Of a stretch of DNA of 64,000 nucleotides, positions 9,171-20,068 are shown piece after piece; the stretch's first letter is position 1; each line of letters starts with the position of its first letter. The position numbers were made by a program, and so were the translations under genes. The notes beneath the pieces were generated by a model, which had not been told where the DNA came from, did not search any database, and was given only the letters and a program-made list of their open reading frames with translations. Source of the stretch: Piromyces finnis finn (lineage: Eukaryota > Fungi > Neocallimastigomycota). Where the stretch lies: the NCBI GenBank assembly GCA_002104945.1, contig MCFH01000010.1:558001-622000 (forward strand), written 5' to 3'.

Positions 9171-9473
9171 AAAGGTGTGGTACAATGGTCGAGTAGTTGG
9201 CAATGAACTAGAAGGTTGTGGGTTCGAAGTCGGGGTTGGTAGAGTAACTTTGATGTAAGGCGGGTTGGCGCCAAGACTAAAGTATGTCCAACAAGTACTA
9301 GAGGTTTCATAGGCAAGGTTCCAATATGGCCGTTTGATAGTACTTGTTCTTGGTACGCTTGTAAGTCCAGTAAATCCCTATGGGAGCTTCGCCAAAACGG
9401 TATCGGTTAAGTTTATTCTAAAAATTAATATCCCTCATTTGTGTCTAAAAATTAATGAAAATTAGTTAATTTT
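9171..9473 (+). ncRNA. Putative Pol III-type (tRNA-headed) structured RNA, antisense within the 3' UTR of C; family unidentified
   Basis: A box TGGTACAATGG (9178-9188) and B box GGTTCGAAGTC (9221-9231) at tRNA spacing. Perfect 11-bp stem 9290-9300/9338-9348. First T4 at 9470, T60 at 9485. GC-richer than the flanks. Confidence 0.4.
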
Positions 9474-9482
9474 ATTATTATT

Positions 9483-9542
<60 letters not shown>

Positions 9543-9547
<5 letters not shown>

Positions 9548-12500
9548 GGGTCTTGTTGAATTCTCTTAGCTTTGCTGGACAGTTCAGATTTTCTTCGGGT
9601 TCCCATGAGGCTTCTGAAATAGGATATCCTTTCCATTTGATCAAGTACTGAGTTTTGTTATAGCGTCTTCTTTTGTCCAGAATTTCTTCTACTTCGTATT
9701 CCTCCTCTTCGTTTATAATGACAGGTGGTGGAGGTTGAACTTTTCGGTTTGTACTTTTCCCTTCGAAGTAAGGCTCGAGAGATGATTTATGGAATACCGG
9801 ATCAATCTTCATGTTACCAGGGAGTTTCAATTTAAATGAGACTTCTGATATTTGTTGTTCAATTTCATAGGGACCGAGTTTCCGAGGGGTGAATTTTTTA
9901 TTTCCCTTAACTAAATTATTATTGATTAACCATACCTTTTCTCCTGGTTTGAATGACGGGCCTGGTTGTCTATGTCTATTGGCGAAATGTTCTTGTTTCT
10001 TTTGGGCTTCCGAAAGGTTTTTCTTGAGGGTGCTGATAATTTCTTTTAATTCTTTTGTGTATTCTTCAGCTCTTGGAACTTCACTTGTTGTTGGAATTGT
10101 TGGATTAAAATTAGGATGGAAACCATAGTTCAAGAAGAAGGGTGTTTGTTTTGCAGATTCTTGAACTGAATTATTGTAACTAAATTCAGCTAGGCTTAAG
10201 TATTCGATCCAGTTAGTGCCTTTGTAATTTGAGAAGCAGCGTAGATATTGTTCTACAACGGAGTTCACTCTCTCCGTCTGGCCATTGGATTGGTGGTGAT
10301 AAGCAGAAGAGTATTTCAAATCAATCTTGAGGGTAGCAAAGAATTTCTTCCAAAACTTTGAAGTGAACTGAGAACCTTGGTCGAGAACAATGTCGGAGGG
10401 GCATCCATGAAGTTTGAAGACGTTGTTAATGAAAGCTTCGGCAGCACGTTCAGCAGTGGGAACTTTTTCAAGAGGGATAAAGTGAGCCATTTTTGTCAAT
10501 CGATCAATGACAACGAAGATACAGGTAAATCCACGAGAAGAGGGGAGGTCAGTGATAAAATCCATAGCAATGGAAGACCAGGGACGTTCACCTAAAGGAA
10601 GAGTGGATAATAACCCGTAAGGTTTATGTCTAGAGGATTTCGAACGACAGCAGACCTCACAAGAACGGACATAGTCCTTAACATCCTGATACATTTTGGG
10701 CCACCAGTAGTTACGGGAAATCAAGGATAAAGTTTTTGAAATACCAAAATGGCCGGCAGCAGGGGAGTCATGACAAGAAGACAGAATTTCAACTCGGCAA
10801 TCATTAGGAACATAGATTTTATCTTGGAAAAGGAGGACGTTGTTACTAAGTTTGTAGTCAGAAGAACAATTATCATTGAGAAGTTGATTAGAAGTCTCAA
10901 TGAAGAATTTGTCAAGTTTACAAGAGAGAGCAATTTTTTCAAGAAGAGAAGAAGGAGTGGATGAAGCAAAGCAGGAGCTGAAATTTTCGGGACGAAAGAC
11001 AGAGTTATTAGAATCGGAATTGCAAGAGTGATCAAGATAGTCAGGTCTTCTTGACAAGGCATCGGTTTTCCCGTTCGAGGAACCAGGGCGATATTCAATG
11101 ACAAAATCGAATTCAGCAAGGAAAAGGGACCATCTAATTAATCTCTGAGTCATCTTCTCCGGTTTCTTCTGAAAAAGGAGGTTTCTGTGGTCTGATATAA
11201 TTTTGAAAGGATGATTCGCACCTTTCAAAAAATGTCTCCACACTTCTAAGGACGCGACGATAGCCAAAAGTTCTTTATCATAGATAGGGTAGTTCTTCTC
11301 CGGGTTTGTAAGGGATCTAGAAAAGAACGCAACAGGGTGAAGAATATTGTCGGACTTGTTGACTTGAGACAATACAGCACCTATGGCGAAGTTACTTGCA
11401 TCGGTTTCGACAACGAAAGGTAGGTCAACATCAGGATATGCAAGGATAGGCTGACTAATAAAATGCTTAACCAAAGCATCAAAAGCATCTTGAGCGGTAT
11501 CGTTCCAAACGAAGGCGGTGTTCTTCTTGCAAAGTTGGTGGAGTGGGTGAGCAATCTTAGCAAAGCCAGGAATAAATCTACGATAATAGTTGGCTAAGCC
11601 TAGGAAAGATTGTAGTTCATGGACCGATTTAGGAGTCGGCCATTCCGCAATGGCTTTCACCTTATTAGGGTCCATTCCGATACCAGAGGCAGAGATTCTA
11701 TGACCAAGGAAGTCAAGACAAGGAGAGTCGAATAGACATTTTTCAAGTTTAGCGTACAGTCCGGCTTCTTCGAGTCTACGAAGGACTTCATTGACGTGTT
11801 CATGATGTTCGGCTATATTATCAGAAAAAATGATAATATCGTCAATATACGAAAAGACGAATTTACCGATAATGCCTTCAAGAACGTCGTTAATAAAATG
11901 TTGGAAGACTGCAGGAGCGTTCTTGAGACCGAAAGGCATTACCAGATATTCGAAATGGCCAAATTGACAGGTGAAGGCGGTCTTATATTCATCGCCTTCT
12001 TTGATTCTTACCAAGTTATAGGCGGATCGAAGATCTAACTTCGAGAACACCTTAGCTTTTCCTAGATGATCCAACATGTCTTGGATCAATGGGAGAGGGT
12101 ACGAGTTCCTAATGGTGATTTCGTTCAAGCGGCGGTAGTCGATACACATACGAAGTTCTCCACTCTTCTTCGGGACAAACAGAACGGGAGCACCAGCTGG
12201 CGATTTGGATTTGCGGATAAACCCCTTTTTTAAATTTTCATTAATGGTTTCTTCTAATACCTTTGATTCTTTCTCAGTAAGTCGGTAGATTGGACCATAA
12301 AACAAGTTGCTATTTGGTCTCAGGTTGATCTCACAGTCGTACGGGCGATGAGGAGGGAGTTTATCAGCGAGCCTTTCCTCGAACACTTTGGAGTGTTGAG
12401 AGTAGTGAATTGGAATTTGGGGTGACTCAACTTCAGGTTCTTCTAAACAAGTGAATACATTGAAAGGGTATTCAGGTGTATTTCCAACTGACATTTCGTC

Positions 12501-13742
12501 CTTCGATTGGTCTTCGAGTTCAGAAGTGGTAGAGCTAGCAGATTCTTTCCTTAAGCAATTTTCCTTACAGTATTCAGAATGATAGGAAACGTCCTTACTA
12601 GCAAAATTGATTGTCGGATTGTGAAGGGCCAGCCAATCAGAGCCAAGAATACAACAGTAAGAAGGCAATTCTACGACGTAAAATTGTAACTGGCATGAGT
12701 GATTCATGTGTTCCACAGTTATAGGCCAAGTCTGGCCGATAATCTTTTGGTGACCTCCGATACCTATAATTTGTGGGCATTTTACTTTGGTAATTATAGG
12801 GATCTCATGGGCCTTAACAAAGGCGTGGTCTATCAAACAGAATTGTGAACCACTATCTAAGAGAACTTTAGTTCCGACAGATTTGTATGGAAGAACAACA
12901 TCAACATCGATAACAGTTTGAGGTAAAGAGGAGTTATCCGAAAGTCGAGTGGATTTTTCTTGTTCATTCAAAACATGGACCCCAGCATTATTAGTATGGT
13001 TTTCCTTTTTGGTTCTAATAGGGCATTCAGATAATCGGTGACCAGGTTTACCACAATATAAGCAGAGATTCTCTTTCATTCGGCGGCTACGTTCTTCACT
13101 TGAAATGGGGCCAAAATTATTTTCCTTCTTGGGCTGAGTGGATTTACTTGTAGATCTTTCTGAGGAGCGGGATTGGAAGCTTTGTTTAGAACGGAAACTT
13201 CTATTGGATCTTCTGTTTATTTCCTCTTGGTGGCATGCCAATCTACTTCCTATACGACTGGCTATTGTTTGTAAGTTTATCAAGGTAGAAGGGCCAGGAA
13301 ACATCTGAAGGATATGGGTGGCGATTCTATCGTCCAACCCATCAACAAAAGCATCCATCTTGGCTTGTTCATTCCAAGTGGATTCATCAGCATAGTAGTT
13401 AAATTCCTTGATATACTCTTGAGTATTGGATAGGCCACGTTGTTTGATCTTCTTGAGCTTTTGGTTGGCAGTATAGACCATATCCTGAAAACCAAAAGCA
13501 GCCTTCAGCTTTCCAACAAAGGCGCCATAATCCTGTAAGCAAGGATCATGGTTGTTAATCAAGGTAGCAGCCCAATTCATTGCATCCCCGTAGAGGCGAC
13601 TAACGACGTAGAAGACCTTTTCTCCATCGTCCCTTCCTATTTCAGGATGGATCATAAAGATCATGTCCATTTTGGCTAAGAATCCCTTCAGGTAGCGACG
13701 GTTGCCATCAAAACCGTTCTTCAAATCAGCAGAGTTATCCAT
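9543..13742 (-). CDS. gag-pol: Element C Gag-Pol polyprotein (1399 aa, single frame)
   Basis: [18 protein letters not shown], protease LLDSGS, RT YIDD, RNase H, integrase HHCC/DDE/GPY, chromodomain [25 protein letters not shown]; uninterrupted. Confidence 0.96.
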
Positions 13743-13801
13743 AAAAAAAAATTAGAAGTAAGCAAATAAACGAGGCACTGAGGTAGCGATCTTTTTCTTA
13801 G

Positions 13802-13812
13802 AGTGTTTTTAT
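13802..13812 (-). promoter_or_regulatory. Self-priming-type primer binding site of element C
   Basis: Minus strand ATAAAAACACT after the 5' LTR is complementary to AGTGTTTTTAT (14006->13996) inside the LTR. Confidence 0.75.
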
Positions 13813-14200
13813 TGTAACGAAATATTATAATAATAAACACACACACTCTAATGTATCAAATATATGTATTTTTTTTAATAATGTTTATTTATTAAATTTA
13901 TTATTATAATACGACTAACTCGCTAGGTCAGTGTATTATCAAACTAAAGACGAAACAAAAAAAAAAAAAAAAAAACTAATTTTTATTAATTATTAATAAA
14001 AACACTAAAGAACTATTTTATCTTTCTTATTCTCTCTTTTATACATGAAAATTATTTTTTTTTTTTTTTTTTTTAATACAATTTGATAAGTGAATTAATT
14101 ACTTAATGATTGGTTATAAAAATATAATTATGAAATTTTCATTAATCTAACCTTAATGATTTTCTAGTCTAACCCTTATCATTAGATATACCTCATTACA
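13813..14200 (-). repeat. C-family 5' LTR, 388 bp
   Basis: TG...CA termini; direct repeat of 8679-9059. Confidence 0.95.
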
Positions 14201-14241
14201 GTTGGCAGTTTGATTAACGGAAGTTTGCCCTCTTCCATAAC

Positions 14242-15171
14242 CTAGTTTTTTGTATAATATGTAGAGTTCATGTGTGGGCAAAATCTGGCAATATGACCTG
14301 GTTCATGGCAGAAATAACAGGTCTTTATGTGTAAGTTCTGCATTCCGTTAATCAAATCATTCATTTCATCATTTTGATTATTAATGCTAGTAGTTAATCT
14401 TGTATTATTATTAGAATTTGATATATTAGAATATTGTGTACTAGCACCATTATTCATACTATTATAGCTTTTACTATAATTAACATTATTACCATTATTA
14501 TTACTATTATTATTAACATTATTATTTACTTTAATATTATGTGGAGGATTGTAATTATTGTAATTATTCGAATATCTAGGCCTACTATAAGTATAATTCG
14601 AATTATTATAATTGTTATTATTAGTACGACGGTAGTTCATAGACGAAGTACTAGCTCTAAGATTTGGACCATTATGAATTTCATAATATCTTTCAGCAAT
14701 CCCCATAGCATCTTCAATTGATTTTGGATCTGCGAATGCAACCTTTTCATAAACATCATCTTGTGCAACTAGAGCGAATTCATAGTCATACACAGAAATC
14801 TTGTCTTTGAATTCATCTGGCAGATCATCATAAAGCTTCATAAACTTTTTATCAAATTCTAATACATTTTCATTAACTTCAATTTTTAACATTTTTAATT
14901 TCCTAAATTTGGCAGCTTTATCATTGTTTGAATGATATTTCTTCATAAGTATTACTTTACATTCATTAAGAGATAAGTCTCTATTTACTTTTCTCCTATG
15001 TTCCAGAATCGCTTTGGTAGCTTCTTCACGCGTACTAGCCAAAATATAACGGTAGATATCTTCATTAGCTACCTTTTCTATAGCTAACCAATTTTCTAAA
15101 AGATCCACCCAGGTATCTACATCTTGGTTAGTTCCTCCAATTGTTGGAAGTGGAATTTTAAATTCACCCAT
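14242..15171 (-). CDS. gag: Gag of element D (309 aa; capsid-like region, Asn-rich linker, CCHC knuckle)
   Basis: C-terminal CYFCHEPGHIARFC; lies about 0.8 kb downstream of a tRNA PBS; not similar by eye to the A or C Gag. Confidence 0.8.
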   Translation of the reverse strand: MGEFKIPLPTIGGTNQDVDTWVDLLENWLAIEKVANEDIYRYILASTREEATKAILEHRRKVNRDLSLNECKVILMKKYHSNNDKAAKFRKLKMLKIEVNENVLEFDKKFMKLYDDLPDEFKDKISVYDYEFALVAQDDVYEKVAFADPKSIEDAMGIAERYYEIHNGPNLRASTSSMNYRRTNNNNYNNSNYTYSRPRYSNNYNNYNPPHNIKVNNNVNNNSNNNGNNVNYSKSYNSMNNGASTQYSNISNSNNNTRLTTSINNQNDEMNDLINGMQNLHIKTCYFCHEPGHIARFCPHMNSTYYTKN

Positions 15172-15987
15172 TATTGAATTGAAAATAGAATAAATAATTA
15201 ATTGGTAATATTATATGAAATAAAAAAAAAATAAAATAAAAATAAATGTAATTCTTAATTATAAGATTAAAATAATGTAAATAATACAATATTTTAATTC
15301 TCTTTAAATAAAATAAAATAAAATAAAATAATTAAAATAGTTAGAATTAAAATAAGTAAGAAGATACAATATTTTAATTCACTTAGATAATGATAATTAT
15401 AAAATAATTAGAATTAAAATAAGTAAGAGAATACAATATTTTAATTCACTTAAAATAATATGAAAATTTCTTTAAAATAAAACTCACTATAACTAATATA
15501 GTTGGTAGTAAGCTTAATCAGATATTATAAAATAAGTAAAAATATTATAAAATATGTAATAATAATTCTTAAATATAAAATTCTTTATATATAATATAAT
15601 GTTATATAGTAATATAACATAAAACTTTTCAAACTATTGAATAAAAATAAAATAAATAATCTACCAACTAATAAACATATATGAATAAAAGATTAATCGT
15701 TTTTATTCTGGTCCGATTTCCCCAGTTTCTCTTATTCAATTATATAAAAATAATAAAATTGTATTAATAATAATATTCTTGTGGATATTAGAATATAACT
15801 TGACTAAAGTAAATACTCTAAATTTCACAAAATACAAAGGTAAAATAAAGAAAATAAAAATAACAATTAATTCAATTCAATAATATCGCGTTTATTTTCC
15901 ACTTAATAATAAAACACTCAAACTAAATAATTAAATTCACCTATATTATAGATTTAATTAACTAATATTAATATCTTTTATTCTACA

Positions 15988-16005
15988 ACCTCACACTTCG
16001 CACCA
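15988..16005 (-). promoter_or_regulatory. tRNA primer binding site of element D
   Basis: Minus strand TGGTGCGAAGTGTGAGGT, 3 nt after a CA end. Its complement ...CCTCACACTTCGCACCA reads as a tRNA 3' end (last 9 nt as in yeast tRNA-Phe). Confidence 0.78.
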
Positions 16006-16008
16006 ATT

Positions 16009-16461
16009 TGATATAAGTTTCTTTTATGTTGTAGTAATTTAATATTAGTTTATTTATAATTTATTATATTAGGTGAAAAATATTTTATTACTATTAACTT
16101 CTCTCTTATTAATAATTTCACTTATAATATTTTCTTATTAATTATTAAAGCTCTTCTCTTTTTCTAATTATTAATTATTTTTACATGAATATTTTTATAT
16201 TATAAAATTCCTATAATATAATTGAATATCAATTATATAATGTAATGTATTCATAATATATGAATAATAATTAAATAGGATATAGTATAATATATTTTAC
16301 ATTTTATATGAAATATTACTATATAAGGAAAGGTAATGTAATACAAATAAGTATTACAATAAAATTAATACTAATATATAATATTAATATTTAAGAATAT
16401 AATGAAATATGTACATGAATTCTATAACTAATATATAAATAATGTATTATAATATATATCA
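16009..16461 (-). repeat. Probable 5' LTR of element D
   Basis: Inner end fixed by CA next to the PBS. Outer end chosen as the best inverted terminus (TGATATA); alternatives near 16231, 16584 and 16665 cannot be excluded. Confidence 0.45.
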
Positions 16462-18034
16462 ATTATTATATTATTATTATGAAATATTATATATAAATTT
16501 TAAAGATGAAATTGAATATTTTAAATAATAAAAATTATTTTAAATATTGGCTAATATGTAGCTAGACATATTAATTTCATATCATTATTGATACGGGTTA
16601 ATTTTATGTAGAAAGAATTTAATATGTGTTTTATTATTAACTTTATTGATTACGTTTCAATATCACCATTCTGTCATTGTTAACTATTAAACTTCAACTG
16701 AAAAACAAAAAGCCTCTTTAATAATAATTATTCCTTAGTCTATTTATACTAATGAGACTTACTTAATAATTAGTTGTCCAATTATAAAGCTGGAGTTATA
16801 TGAATTATACATTTACATTATTTTTTTTTTACATTACAAATATTTACATTCATTTTACATTCATTTGTATTACATTCTTATACATTGTAGAAATAATTAA
16901 TATTATAATAAAGCTTATATAAATTTAATATTAGGAAAAATTTACTACTATGTTCAAATCACATATAATTTTTATATCATTATTATAGAAAAAGAAAAAT
17001 TGTCAAAATTACCTTTAAATAATGTAGGTAATTATACAAGGTGTAAAAAGTGGGTGAAAATAAAATGTTCAAATTATTAATGTATTATTAATATTTATAA
17101 TTATTTACTTTATTATTTAAGATAAGAAAAAAAGTATTTTATTTTATAATTAAGCTTTAAAAAAAAAAGCTTAATAATGTTTTTATTAAAATCAAAATAT
17201 TTCAAATAGAAAGAATTATTACTGAGTTTAATAAAGAGGTATTCACAATCAATAGTAATTTATGACAGGTATTATAATTTGATTTTTATATATAATAAAA
17301 ATTAATGAAACCAAATTTGTAATAATTAATTAAAATAATTCAATTAACTTTTTAAAAAAAATATAAAATATACACAGTTATATATAACTGAGTGAATACA
17401 CTTTAAATTGATGTAAGCGTTTTAAAAAGCAGTACATAAAAAGTAAATATTAGTAAAAGTAACAGAAAAATTATTATTATAAAAATTAAGGTATAAGCAA
17501 TTTATATTTTATTAAAAATAAATAAGAAAATTAATTTATTATACATCAATCCTAACCCATATAATAATCTAACCTATTTATTCTTTTTTTCAGAGCTACA
17601 CCATCTAATATTTTAATTATAGATTAAAATATTAATATTATAACATTGTCTATTATACAACAGCATGAAATCATAATGATTTTCTTGACTATATAATGAA
17701 AATAATAATAAAACTTTTTTTAAAAATAATATTTAAAAAATTTTAGTACTTAAACTTTTATAAATATTACAAAAATATATGTTTTTTAGAACTGTCTTAT
17801 AAAAACAAATAAGAGTATGTAAAGCTTACTATAAAACATAAAACAAGTATTGATAAATATTAAAATATGTTATTAATAGGATTTTCCATAATGACCTAAA
17901 ATTTTACAGAAAAGAAACTTATAAAATAAAATAACTTTTATGAAGCATTTAATGCCTCAAACTATATTGAAGAAAGTAGAAATGTTTATTTCAGATTAAT
18001 ATTTTAAGTGAAAATAATTTCTATGCTTTTATTT

Positions 18035-18086
18035 ATAATAATAATAATAATAATACTAATACTAATACTAATACTAATACTAATAC

Positions 18087-18139
<53 letters not shown>

Positions 18140-18140
18140 G
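18035..18140. repeat. Compound microsatellite (AAT)n-(ACTAAT)n-(AAT)n
   Basis: Directly visible. Confidence 0.9.
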
Positions 18141-19276
18141 TGATAATACTAATAATGATGATAAAGAAACTGTTAATAATAGTGTATTAAAAAGAAAAAC
18201 AGTAGATAATAATAAAAACGTGAATCAAATATAATGTAATAACTTTTATTAGTAGTAATGCTAAAGAAAGAAAAAAAGTTGAATAGAATTTAAAACTTTT
18301 ATTACTAAGTGAGCAAAGAGTAAATACTTTTTTTATTTTTTCTTAAACTATGAAAATCTTTATTTAATTTAAAAATTCAAAAATCATTAAGGAAGGGATA
18401 ATAATAAATAGACTTATTGAGTTGAATTTTAAAATGGTTATTGTTAAGTGAGATTATTTAAATAGAAAACTTGATTTGAATCATTTAAAAATATTATTAT
18501 TGCTTTTTTAAGGATGTGACAATCACTATTATTAATAAATTTAATAAAAATGGAATATTTTAATTCTTTAAAGTGCCTTTCAACTGCATCTATAGCATAA
18601 TTAAATATATATATATATATATATATATTTTAATATTTATTTTCAGGGTAAGAAGAATTAACAATAGTATTTAGTATTTAGTTAGTTTAAAAATAAAAAA
18701 TTATTTAATCTATATTTTTATAAAATATATAAATAATCTATAAGAAAAAAGTAATCGTTTAGGATCAAAATTTAGATTTTGAAAACATTTTTTTTTTTTT
18801 TTTTGGTTAAAGTTTAGGAAAAGTATTTAAAATTTAGTTAGGAAAGGAAAGAAAAAAAAAAAAACTATTTCATAAACATAAACCTTTAATAATTAATTTA
18901 TTCATTGATGATTATATGTTTATATACTTAAAAATAATAATCATGCATTTTGGTTGGTATTATCATTTCTTTATAGTACAATTGTTTTTAATTACTAAAT
19001 AAATAATTTTTGTTAAAAAAGATGTCAAAATTTTATTTTAAAGAAAAGAGTAAAAAAAAAAAAAAAGACTATTTTTGTACTCTTATAAATTTAGTTTAAA
19101 AGATGTAAAATAAATACCTATATTCTATTAATTAGAGTATCATAATAAGTAAAAAAAATAATACTATTCTTTTATATTGTTATATTAATAAATAGTAGAA
19201 AAAAATATTATAGAGCTTTTTGTTTATAATTTATAATTTATATTGCATTATCTATATTTAATATATGGAAAAGATA

Positions 19277-19440
19277 TTTAATCCATAAAACACTTACAAA
19301 ATAATATTATATTGATAATGCAATTCCTTTTTGCTTTAAATTTACTCTCATCTATTAATGTTTAATCCGTAAAACACATACAAAATAATATTATATTGAT
19401 AATGAAATTCCTTTTTGCTTTAAATTTACTCTCATCTATT
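19277..19440. repeat. 84-bp-period tandem duplication
   Basis: ATCCRTAAAACAC...TTTACTCTCATCTATT occurs twice (19281 and 19365) with about three substitutions. Confidence 0.85.
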
Positions 19441-19720
19441 GAAATAATTGTAGTTAGAATGATAACTTTTATAGTTCATCTATAGCAACGAAATTAGTAA
19501 TTTTATTATTAAAAATTGAAATTTGAAAATGGAAATATAATAGTTTGTTTTTATGTATTGATAATTTTTTTTTATTAATATTCTTTTAAGCTATTCTGAT
19601 TATTTTTTTTTTAAAAAAATAAACTTATGGGTTCAATTGTATCAGTTGTATAATGCATAGTTAATCAACGAAATCGGTGTATTTCTTTATAAATAAAAAT
19701 GTCAATATTTCTTTACTTTT

Positions 19721-19760
<40 letters not shown>

Positions 19761-19963
19761 AGAAAATAATATTATAATACACAAAATATAAATAAATGAT
19801 TTATTTTATATAAAAGTAATAAAATAATTTTTTTCTTTTCTTCTTCTTTTTTTTTTTTATTATATAAAAGATTATAATGTAGAAAAATTGATTATAGCTA
19901 TATTAGATTTCTTCATCTTGGAATAATAATACTGTTTGAAGTGGAACACTAAAGGAATTTCCT

Positions 19964-20068
<105 letters not shown>

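Larger units (their letters stand above)
8565..14200 (-). mobile_element. Element C: full-length single-ORF Ty3/gypsy chromovirus plus the first 114 bp of the internal region of a tandem second unit
   Basis: 5' LTR 13813-14200, 1399-aa ORF, PPT, 3' LTR 8679-9059. Beyond it, 8565-8678 repeats 13698-13812 (PBS, leader, gag start). Confidence 0.93.
14201..16461 (-). mobile_element. Element D: 5' remnant of a different, tRNA-primed LTR retrotransposon (LTR, PBS, leader, gag), cut by C 41 bp after the gag stop
   Basis: LTR end ...TATATCA + AAT + TGG-type PBS, gag with CCHC knuckle, no pol in the window. The outer LTR boundary is uncertain. Confidence 0.75.

Noticed and set aside
9171-9245. Functional tRNA gene
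   Set aside because: Boxes and spacing fit, but the acceptor and T stems do not pair and the anticodon loop lacks U33; kept only as a tRNA-like promoter.
9041-9316. 91-aa minus-strand ORF in the C 3' UTR as an extra gene
   Set aside because: Short, runs through poly(A) into the LTR, and shows no recognisable motif.
9252-9385. Group I intron core (CAAGACTA ~ P7 5' strand, TAAGTCC ~ P7 3' strand, GATGTA/TATGTC ~ P3, long stem ~ P8)
   Set aside because: Only ~15 nt lie between the putative P3 and P7 strands, leaving no room for P4-P6, and J8/7 is too long.
9141-9420. Hammerhead or HDV-like ribozyme
   Set aside because: No CUGAUGA...GAAA core on either strand; a GGCGAA on the minus strand lacks the upstream P1/P3/L3 elements.
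924-13495. Short alternative-frame and antisense ORFs inside the retroelements (e.g. 924-1133, 3487-3843, 6480-6758, 10721-11119, 11796-12038)
   Set aside because: They are shadows of the long gag-pol frames with no motifs of their own.
2-14200. RIP-type hypermutation of the repeats
   Set aside because: All long ORFs are stop-free and repeated LTRs show no substitutions by eye.
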